Source of the DNA: Candidatus Dojkabacteria bacterium HGW-Dojkabacteria-1
Lineage (GTDB): Bacteria; Patescibacteriota; Dojkabacteria; SC72
NCBI GenBank assembly: GCA_002840365.1
Contig: PHAO01000001.1
Span: 168,647-232,646, forward strand
Length of the DNA stretch: 64,000 nt
Direction of reading: 5' to 3'
Shown here: piece by piece, positions 56,729-64,000 of the stretch
Position numbering within the stretch: the first letter of the stretch is position 1
How the letters are laid out: every line of letters begins with the position of its first letter
Program-made: the position numbers and the translations under genes
The notes under the pieces: generated by a model
The model's database searches: none
What the model saw: the letters and a program-made list of their open reading frames with translations, nothing else
Told to the model about the DNA's origin: nothing

Positions 56729-57849
56729 TTATTTAAATCTTTATATATAGCAATAATCTTTTTAGCAGCTATTTGCCAACTAAACAACTTTAACCGATCT
56801 TTTCCATTCGTAATCATCTCTTTTTTTAAATTCGCATCTCCTACAACTTTCTTAACTGCACTATATATGGATTTTTTACTGTTAGGATTAAAATATTCTA
56901 CTGCATTACCACCTACCTCGGGTAAAGAACTAATATTACTAATGATAGCAGGACAATTACAAGCAAAAGACTCTAATACGGGTATACCAAAACCTTCATA
57001 AAGAGAAGGGAATACAAAACATATAGCTTTACTGTATATATATGCAAGTTCATTATCATCCTTAAACCTAATATGCTTAACTTTATTTGTAACTCCTAAC
57101 CCATTAAACATCTCTATCTCTTTTTCACTAAACTTACTACTACCAGCACATAATAGAGATAGGTCTTTATTTTCTTTCAGGAGTTTTGCTATAGATTTGA
57201 AGAAAAGTTCAAAATTCTTATATGTATTCCTATTCCCTACAAAAAGAATATACCTCTTAGGTAAGTCAATATTTAAATCTGTGTTAGAAATTTTTAAAGA
57301 GGTTGCCCAATATACAACGTCTATCTTTTTCTCATTTATATCGTAAAATTTAACAATATCTTTCTTTGTATTCTCAGATATTGCAATTATTCTTTCAGCC
57401 CTATGAACCAATTTCTCCTTCCATTCAATAGTCTTATCTCTACTAGATACCGTCTCTGGAAATATCTCATGAGTCATGTCATGTATAACTAGTACAAAAG
57501 ATTTCTTCTTTAGGAATGGTAGGAAATATGGATCATAGTAAGTAGGTTGGAATATTTCAAAATCTCCCTTAAGAAGAAAAAAGGTTGAATATATTCTGTT
57601 AACTACATAATAGAAGAGTTTCTTTGCAAACGATTTGTTGTAAGGAAATATAGACCATACCTTCTTTATCTCCCCAATATATTCGTTATCGGAGAGTAAA
57701 ATTGGGAGTATAGGTTCCACATTAGGATCTCTTTCGAACTGCTTATATAACTCTGTAAATACTCTAGATATTCCACCATAGTTTTGCATTGTAAATATTT
57801 GGTGGTCGATAAAGACTCGTAGTTTCTTTTGCATACGCAGATAATACAA
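56725..57849 (-). CDS. GT4-family glycosyltransferase
   Basis: FVFPSLYEGFGIPVLESFACNCPAIISNISSLPEV. Confidence 0.8.
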   Translation of the reverse strand: MYYLRMQKKLRVFIDHQIFTMQNYGGISRVFTELYKQFERDPNVEPILPILLSDNEYIGEIKKVWSIFPYNKSFAKKLFYYVVNRIYSTFFLLKGDFEIFQPTYYDPYFLPFLKKKSFVLVIHDMTHEIFPETVSSRDKTIEWKEKLVHRAERIIAISENTKKDIVKFYDINEKKIDVVYWATSLKISNTDLNIDLPKRYILFVGNRNTYKNFELFFKSIAKLLKENKDLSLLCAGSSKFSEKEIEMFNGLGVTNKVKHIRFKDDNELAYIYSKAICFVFPSLYEGFGIPVLESFACNCPAIISNISSLPEVGGNAVEYFNPNSKKSIYSAVKKVVGDANLKKEMITNGKDRLKLFSWQIAAKKIIAIYKDLNK

Positions 57850-57900
57850 TAGCTAATGAGTATAGTCTATAAGTTTCAAAATACGGTATAATCACAACAT

Positions 57901-58596
57901 ATGAAAACCTACATAATACTCCCTGCCTACTGTGAAGGTAAGGTAATAAAAGAAGTAATAGCTTCAATAAAGAAAGAAGGATATAAAAATATCATTGTTG
58001 TAGATGATGGAAGTAGTGATAATACATATGAAGAAGCTAAAAGTACTGGAGTAATTACAATCAGTCATCCAATAAACAGAGGAAAAGGAGCAGCTACACA
58101 AACAGGAATAGATGCTGCTAAATTACTAAATGCAGATGTCATAGTAACAATGGACTCTGATGGACAACATGATCCTAAAGATATTAAGAAATTAGTAAAG
58201 CCAATCATTGATCAAAAAGCTGATGTAGTAATAGGTAGTAGAATGATAAATAACAAAGATATGCCTCAATCAAGGATACTAATGAACAAGATAGCTAATA
58301 TTGTTACATATATATTCTTTGGAATAATGGTAAGTGATAGTCAATCAGGTTTAAGAGCATATTCTAAGAAAGCATATAACTCTGTATATACATATATGGA
58401 TAGATATGAATTTGAATCAGAGATGTTAGGACAGATTAAAGATGCAAATTTAAGGATAAAGGAAGTACCAATTAAAGTAATATATACAGATTACTCTAAG
58501 AGCAAGTACAAACATATGAGTAAGTTCTCACCACAAGGATTAACGAATGGTATTAAGATGGTAGTAAGATTAATAGAGAATTCTTTAATTAAGTAA
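57901..58596 (+). CDS. GT2 glycosyltransferase (Dpm1-like)
   Basis: YIILPAYCEGKVIKEVI...IIVVDDGSSDNT...TMDSDGQHD. Confidence 0.8.
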   Translation: MKTYIILPAYCEGKVIKEVIASIKKEGYKNIIVVDDGSSDNTYEEAKSTGVITISHPINRGKGAATQTGIDAAKLLNADVIVTMDSDGQHDPKDIKKLVKPIIDQKADVVIGSRMINNKDMPQSRILMNKIANIVTYIFFGIMVSDSQSGLRAYSKKAYNSVYTYMDRYEFESEMLGQIKDANLRIKEVPIKVIYTDYSKSKYKHMSKFSPQGLTNGIKMVVRLIENSLIK

Positions 58597-58606
58597 ATAC
58601 ATAAAT

Positions 58607-58945
58607 ATGGTTATACAAATAGTAGTTACATTAGGAGTATTAGTATTAGTAATACCTAGTATATATTCTTCATACAAGAAGAAATCTATGACACCATTTG
58701 GTGCATTCCTTTGGATACTGTTTTGGATAGCAGGTTTAATATTAATATGGTTTCCTCATCTAATAGATGTAATAGGTAGTGGTCTAGGTGTAGGAAGAAG
58801 TATAGATGCTTTTGTATATATTGGTATTGTATATCTTCTTTATGTATCTCTTAATCAAAAGATTAAGTTAAATGAAATAAAGAGAGAAATAACCTTGTTA
58901 AATAGGAAGTTAGCTTTAAGAGATGTAGAAGAAGAAAAGAAGTAA
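58607..58945 (+). CDS. small membrane protein, DUF2304-like companion of Dpm1-type GT2
   Basis: Two TM helices plus C-terminal coiled-coil; typical gene order after a Dpm1-like GT2. Confidence 0.45.
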   Translation: MVIQIVVTLGVLVLVIPSIYSSYKKKSMTPFGAFLWILFWIAGLILIWFPHLIDVIGSGLGVGRSIDAFVYIGIVYLLYVSLNQKIKLNEIKREITLLNRKLALRDVEEEKK

Positions 58946-58946
58946 C

Positions 58947-59732
58947 CTACTTTTTAATAATTTTCAATACAGGGTCTAAATATTTATAAACAAATATCCT
59001 CTTTAAATTACTCAACCACTGTTTTCTCAGTACCCATTTATTGTCTGTATACCTTTCTGCAACCAATTTTGATTCCCTTAATGTTTTATGTACACTAGAA
59101 CCTGTCTTAGTATCAGATGTAAATCTAAATTCTGCTAAATATTCCCTTATTAAATGTAATTTATACTTACTTGCAAACCTTGCCCATAAATCTTGATCCA
59201 TTGCAAAGTGTAAGCTCTCATCTATATATCCAAATTCTTCATGTAATTTTCTTCTCCAAAAGGTTGCTGGTTGAGGTATTGAATCTTCAATTAGGAGTCT
59301 TTCAAAGGTAAATCTTTTTAATTGATGGTTTTTATACTTGGTTATATATTTCTTTATCTCTTTATCATTCTCATCAATAATTCTGCAATATCCCGTCAAC
59401 CACATACAATCAGGATTCTCTTTAAAATATCTAACTACTTTATCTAATGTACCTTCTGTATATACATCATCTGAATTAAGGAATGCTACTATATCTCCTG
59501 TAGCCATCTTTAATCCTTTATTTATTCCATCTGATTGTCCTTTATCTTTCTCTGATATGTATTTAAGTTTATCTTTATACTTCTTAATTATTTCTAAACT
59601 ATTATCAGTAGATGCTCCATCAGTAATTATATATTCTAATTCAAAGTCTCCTTTTTGATTAAGTACACTTTTGATAGTTCTTTCTAGGTATTTATCGGTA
59701 TTATAGTTTGTTGTTATTATTGAGATTTTCAT
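58947..59732 (-). CDS. GT2-family glycosyltransferase
   Basis: ISIITTNYNTDKYLERTIKSVLNQ...ITDGASTD...NSDD. Confidence 0.8.
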   Translation of the reverse strand: MKISIITTNYNTDKYLERTIKSVLNQKGDFELEYIITDGASTDNSLEIIKKYKDKLKYISEKDKGQSDGINKGLKMATGDIVAFLNSDDVYTEGTLDKVVRYFKENPDCMWLTGYCRIIDENDKEIKKYITKYKNHQLKRFTFERLLIEDSIPQPATFWRRKLHEEFGYIDESLHFAMDQDLWARFASKYKLHLIREYLAEFRFTSDTKTGSSVHKTLRESKLVAERYTDNKWVLRKQWLSNLKRIFVYKYLDPVLKIIKK

Positions 59733-59736
59733 ATTG

Positions 59737-60690
59737 TTAGCTAATCTTCAAAAACTTTTTAAATTCAAATATAGCCTTGTTGAAGGCCAAACGGACAAAT
59801 TTTGTTGGAGTCATCTCAAATACTCTTTTATACTTATTAACAAGGTACCCATCAAGAAATACATCTTTTGGTAGTGAAAGATTAGTTTTCATGTTAAGTT
59901 TACTGTTTACAAACGACGAACTTATCCCACAATGAATCCCTGTACCATCATGTCCAATATTTTCTACATAGGAGATAGTAGGGTAGATTGTTAGTCTATT
60001 TTTTTTAAAATTGTGATATGACCATTGAATATCCCACGTATCTATACCCTTCTCAACCTGTTTGATTAACATTCCTGACAAATCCTTGCCGCCTTTATTG
60101 AAATTGTACTGTTCGTTTTTATCTTTTCTGAACTTCTCGATATTACTGACATTCCAATCCACATCTTCCCATCTGTCTCGCCATGTTGCCCATCCCCAGG
60201 AGGAAGTCCTTGGTACAAAGAAGATATCATATTCATAAGAATCAGGAATTTGCATAATCTCTCTTGAGTGAGTATATCCTGAGATAGAACCTATCCTTTT
60301 ATCATCTTTGTATTTACTGAGCATAGTAGTCATAAAATTCAAAAATGCGGGTGAAGTGCGAATATCATCCTCAATTACTATTACAGCCGAGTATTTTTTC
60401 AAGGCTTCTGTGATTCCTGAGATAATTGATTTCTCCAATCCAAGATTATTAGTTCTTTGTTTTATTTCTATATTCTTATGATTCTTCCTAAAATCTTTAA
60501 GGAAATTTCTGACCGAGAGAACTTTCTCTTCGTGTCCAGCTTTTGGGCCATCAGAATAGACTATTACTGGATGATTCTTAAACCCTCTGTTTGATGCAAG
60601 TGATTCCAATGTAATTTTGGTATGATCTAATCTCCCATATGTAAAAACTATTATTGCAACATCTTTTAGTTCCACTCGTGTTACTTTCAA
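59737..60690 (-). CDS. GT2-like glycosyltransferase
   Basis: VAIIVFTYGRLDHTKITLESL...VIEDD; GT-A-fold pattern. Confidence 0.55.
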   Translation of the reverse strand: MKVTRVELKDVAIIVFTYGRLDHTKITLESLASNRGFKNHPVIVYSDGPKAGHEEKVLSVRNFLKDFRKNHKNIEIKQRTNNLGLEKSIISGITEALKKYSAVIVIEDDIRTSPAFLNFMTTMLSKYKDDKRIGSISGYTHSREIMQIPDSYEYDIFFVPRTSSWGWATWRDRWEDVDWNVSNIEKFRKDKNEQYNFNKGGKDLSGMLIKQVEKGIDTWDIQWSYHNFKKNRLTIYPTISYVENIGHDGTGIHCGISSSFVNSKLNMKTNLSLPKDVFLDGYLVNKYKRVFEMTPTKFVRLAFNKAIFEFKKFLKIS

Positions 60691-60775
60691 TATTAATACA
60701 CTGAGTTTAATTTATTTATTTAGATTTGTACAATATAATGAGAGTATTCAAATAATCAACAAAAGAGCAATAAAA

Positions 60776-61537
60776 ATGAAATGTAAGATATGTAATTCTG
60801 ATACTACTCCTATCTTTAAAGCAAAGATTATTAATAAATATGACGTACAGTATTATGAATGTCCTAGATGCTTGTTCATACAAACAGAGAAAGAATATTG
60901 GTTAAAGGAAGCTTACCAATCATCAATGAATATAAGTGATACGGGCGTTTTAACAAGAAATATATTACTGGGACTCAAAACTTCTTTAATTATTCAATTC
61001 CTGTTTAATCGTAAAGGTAAATTTTTAGATTACGCAGGAGGGTGGGGGATTTTTACTAGATTAATGAGAGATATAGGTTTTGATTTTTACTGGTTTGATC
61101 CTTACACAAGTAACGAGCTTGCCAGAGGTTTTGAAGCTGATTTAAGTGAGAGATATGAAGCACTTACAATTTTTGAAGGTTTTGAACATTTCCAAAATCC
61201 TTATGAAGATTTAGAAAAAATGTTTAAGCTTTCAGATACTATCATTTTCTCTACAACGTTAGTACCAAAACCAACTCCTCAACCTAAGGATTGGTGGTAT
61301 TACGGATTAGAGCATGGGCAACATGTTGCACTGTATTCGAAAGAGAGTTTTGAGTTCATAGCTAAAAAATATAATTGCAACTACTATACCGATGGAAAAT
61401 ATATGCATATGTTTACAAGAAGAAAAATTTCGAAGCTACTTTTTTTCTTCTTAACCTCTTTCTTCGGATTTCTACTAATTCCTTTAGTATTGGTAACTAA
61501 TAAATCTAAAACAATAACAGATAGTAAAAGTTTTTAA
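60776..61537 (+). CDS. putative class I SAM-dependent methyltransferase with N-terminal Zn-ribbon and C-terminal TM helix
   Basis: CKICNS...CPRC Zn-ribbon; FLDYAGGWGIF resembles SAM motif I. Confidence 0.45.
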   Translation: MKCKICNSDTTPIFKAKIINKYDVQYYECPRCLFIQTEKEYWLKEAYQSSMNISDTGVLTRNILLGLKTSLIIQFLFNRKGKFLDYAGGWGIFTRLMRDIGFDFYWFDPYTSNELARGFEADLSERYEALTIFEGFEHFQNPYEDLEKMFKLSDTIIFSTTLVPKPTPQPKDWWYYGLEHGQHVALYSKESFEFIAKKYNCNYYTDGKYMHMFTRRKISKLLFFFLTSFFGFLLIPLVLVTNKSKTITDSKSF

Positions 61538-61547
61538 TTTTTATCTT

Positions 61548-62042
61548 TTGAAAAGAATAATGCTCGACATCATTCTGTACACAATTCTAGCTTTACTAAG
61601 TATCTCTGGAGTAATATTAACTGTCCTAACTCTTCCAGGAGTATGGTTAGTATATATAGCTGTATTCATATTAGCTTGGATGGGATCATTTGAAATCATT
61701 ACTCCCTTAATATTAGTAATACTCTTTGTACTCTCTGTATTCTCTACAATAGCAGATAATATTGTAATGGCTTTAGGTGCTAAGAAGTTAGGAGGAAGTA
61801 ATTGGGGTATGTTAGGTGCAATACTAGGTGGTATTGTTGGCTTAATGGTTGGTAATATACTAGGTATGTTTGTAGGTCCAATAGTGGGAGCTACACTGTT
61901 TGAATTAATATTTGCTCGTAAGGACTTTAAGAGTAGTTTTAAAGCAGGAATAGGGTCTTTCATTGGTTTGTTTCTTGGTATTGTACTTAAAGTAGGTTTC
62001 ACTATCGGAATGATTGTATATGTACTTTCGCTAGTAATATAA
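61548..62042 (+). CDS. DUF456-like small integral membrane protein
   Basis: 4 TM helices with Gly-rich GxxxG packing motifs. Confidence 0.45.
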   Translation: MKRIMLDIILYTILALLSISGVILTVLTLPGVWLVYIAVFILAWMGSFEIITPLILVILFVLSVFSTIADNIVMALGAKKLGGSNWGMLGAILGGIVGLMVGNILGMFVGPIVGATLFELIFARKDFKSSFKAGIGSFIGLFLGIVLKVGFTIGMIVYVLSLVI

Positions 62043-62081
62043 CTGTTATGTAAATTCCTTTAACATCTGCTAATATATACC

Positions 62082-63260
62082 ATGCATTTAATAATTGATT
62101 GTACAACCACTCAAAATCAACTTAAATACAATGGAATAGGACAATATACTAAACATATTGTAAGTAGAATATTAGAAAAGAAAGAGATAGATATAACATT
62201 ACTAATGTTTGATGGAGAATCTACACTAGATCCATACCTTAAAGGAAGAAATATTCATATACACAGATTAGGAAAAGTAAGACCATCTGATTACAAAAAT
62301 TTTCTCACATATATATTTAAAATACTCCCCGCTATTAAACAGTACAAAAAAGAAGACAGTATATATTTCTGTCCTTATTTCTGGATAGGGATACCATCAT
62401 TACATATACCTACTGTACTAATGGTACATGACTTCATACTGCCCATATACAACATATATTCAGAACAAAGTATATTCCACAATATATTTAGAGGCATACA
62501 GTACTGGATAGAGATGTACAAAGCAAGATATTGTAAAGCTGTTATTACAAATTCCAAATGTACAGCAAAAGACTTTAGAAGATACTTCTCTAGATACCCT
62601 AAAGAAAACATATACCCCATATATCTTGATGGAGAAGTACAAGATTCTAAAGATATTCAGGGGTGGGATTCTTCCTTACCAAAAGATTACAAAGAAAGAG
62701 GATATTTCATATACATGGGAGGAACACCAGGCTCTAACAAAAATTCTGAAGGAGTAGTAAAAGGATACAGAGAATTTCTTACTAAGGTAAAACATGATAG
62801 TAGGGCACCATACCTGGTAATTGCAGGAAAGAACTTTACTAAAGAAATTGATAAAAGGGTAGTAAAGTTTAGAGACAAGATTGAATGTTTAGGACTAAAA
62901 GAAAATGTAATCTTTACTGGTTTCTATGAAGATTCTCATGTAAAACCACTACTTAGTAACTCAATCTCTTTCATACATCTTTCATTGTATGAAGGATTTG
63001 GTATTGCATTAGTAGAAGCAATGAAATCAGGTACCCCAGTTATTGCTCACAATGGTTCTTGTTATCCAGAGGTACTTGAAGATGCAGGAATACTAGTTGA
63101 TGGTCTTAACTCTAAAGAAGTAGGAGAGTGCATGTACAAGATATACAAAGACAAGAAACTAAGGGATGAATTAATACAAAAAGGTTTGCAAAGAGGTAAA
63201 GAATTCTCTTGGAGAAATACCACTGATATGACAGTGGAGGTTTTCAAATCTGTAGTATAA
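62082..63260 (+). CDS. GT4-family glycosyltransferase
   Basis: IHLSLYEGFGIALVEAMKSGTPVIAHNGSCYPEVLEDAG. Confidence 0.8.
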   Translation: MHLIIDCTTTQNQLKYNGIGQYTKHIVSRILEKKEIDITLLMFDGESTLDPYLKGRNIHIHRLGKVRPSDYKNFLTYIFKILPAIKQYKKEDSIYFCPYFWIGIPSLHIPTVLMVHDFILPIYNIYSEQSIFHNIFRGIQYWIEMYKARYCKAVITNSKCTAKDFRRYFSRYPKENIYPIYLDGEVQDSKDIQGWDSSLPKDYKERGYFIYMGGTPGSNKNSEGVVKGYREFLTKVKHDSRAPYLVIAGKNFTKEIDKRVVKFRDKIECLGLKENVIFTGFYEDSHVKPLLSNSISFIHLSLYEGFGIALVEAMKSGTPVIAHNGSCYPEVLEDAGILVDGLNSKEVGECMYKIYKDKKLRDELIQKGLQRGKEFSWRNTTDMTVEVFKSVV

Positions 63261-63321
63261 CTGTATACATAGGGGATAGAATAAAGTAAAATACAGAACA
63301 ATAACTTAATGAATTAGATAT

Positions 63322-64000
63322 ATGGAGAAAGAAATATATCAATCGGATGACCCAAAAGATGCCCAAGGAACAACAGTAAGATTAGAAAAGCAAGAATTTG
63401 AGTCAGGATATTCAAGCTATGTTGTCAGAGTAAACCCAGAATTTACTCAAATGTGTTATGAACATGACAAACCATGGGATGAAGACTTTAGAAGAAATAT
63501 CGGTCCTAACTACCCATATACAATGTCTCCTAAAACTTCAGAATTAATCGCAACAACGTCTACAGAGTTAAAGAAAGAAATGTCTAGGGTTGGATTTCAA
63601 ATAGATCCATGGAAAGTAGGAGCAGACGATGAACCATATGTAATGGGTGTCTTAAGAAGAGTTATGGTTACAGACACTATTGAACCAATACTCTCATATA
63701 CTGATGAAGTTGCATCTCATCTAAAGGGGCTTAAAGAGAAAGATCCATCAAAAGTATTAAACATTAGATCTTTTTTCTGTGGTGCAGCAGTTGCAGACAA
63801 AAGTTTAATTTCAAGGCTATATGAATCTGGGGTATCTGCTAATTTAATAGCAACAGATATTGCCGCCGATTCTATTGCAATAGCGGCTCTTAATTTTTCG
63901 GTATGGAATGAGTTACTACCTGAGAGTGATAGATATGAAATACATATTGTAAAAGGATCAATCCCAAGAGAATTATATGGAAGAGACAAAACTATTGTGC
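63322..64000 (+). CDS. hypothetical protein, 3' end outside window
   Basis: Open frame from ATG 63322 to the end of the window (MEKEIYQSDDPKDAQGTTVRLEK...); no stop. Confidence 0.45.
   Translation, partial: MEKEIYQSDDPKDAQGTTVRLEKQEFESGYSSYVVRVNPEFTQMCYEHDKPWDEDFRRNIGPNYPYTMSPKTSELIATTSTELKKEMSRVGFQIDPWKVGADDEPYVMGVLRRVMVTDTIEPILSYTDEVASHLKGLKEKDPSKVLNIRSFFCGAAVADKSLISRLYESGVSANLIATDIAADSIAIAALNFSVWNELLPESDRYEIHIVKGSIPRELYGRDKTIV

Noticed and set aside
1-64000. CRISPR array, rRNA, integrase/recombinase, transposase or phage structural genes.
   Set aside because: Scanned both strands for regularly spaced short repeats and for the characteristic protein motifs (tyrosine-recombinase RxxR...HxxR...Y, DDE). 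None found. The only substantial repeat is the GT2-module duplication.
1-64000. Alternative genetic code (UGA as Gly, code 25), given the CPR-like gene content.
   Set aside because: TGA is used as a terminal stop (e.g. 9491-9493 overlapping the next ATG), and standard-code ORFs are full length with conserved C-termini. No in-frame TGA interrupts recognisable genes.

Overview
This is a low-GC window (about one-third G+C) from a small-genome bacterium. Genes are tightly packed, the standard genetic code applies (TGA is used as a stop), and there is no CRISPR array, rRNA, integrase or transposase.

Layout of the window:
- 1-26 kb is a housekeeping block dominated by translation and tRNA-modification functions: RNase P RNA, fmt, queA, tgt, rny, HU, greA, tRNA-Glu, trmD, a second GreA-family paralog, glyQS, lysS, nrnA, serS, miaA and an archaeal-type UMP kinase, plus envelope proteins (CAP-domain protein, L,D-transpeptidase, DUF3048, lipoproteins).
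- 26.1-33.9 kb, directly after a tRNA-Pro(GGG) gene, looks like an integrated accessory or defence islet. It carries a single-chain OLD-family ABC-ATPase/TOPRIM nuclease, and a convergent three-gene unit of an XRE-HTH + Panacea(DUF4065) antitoxin, a RelE/YafQ-like toxin and a 384-aa protein with a C-terminal PD-(D/E)xK nuclease signature and an unrecognised N-terminal domain. It also carries a ~52% GC lipoprotein gene that is clearly foreign. This is the region most likely to hold an undescribed system.
- 33.9-34.03 kb is a GC-rich leader made of three consecutive hairpins/junctions upstream of a ferredoxin gene, a candidate cis-regulatory RNA.
- 38.3-63.3 kb is a large cell-surface glycan locus: CapE/FnlA-type UDP-GlcNAc 4,6-dehydratase, a short RmlD-like reductase, UDP-GlcNAc 2-epimerase, more than 10 glycosyltransferases (GT2, GT4, GT8, a GT42/DUF115-like enzyme), two FkbM methyltransferases, an SGNH hydrolase and a Wzm/Wzt ABC exporter. 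It includes a ~305-bp near-identical duplication of a GT2 N-terminal module.

All functional calls come from reading motifs in the supplied translations. No database searches were possible.
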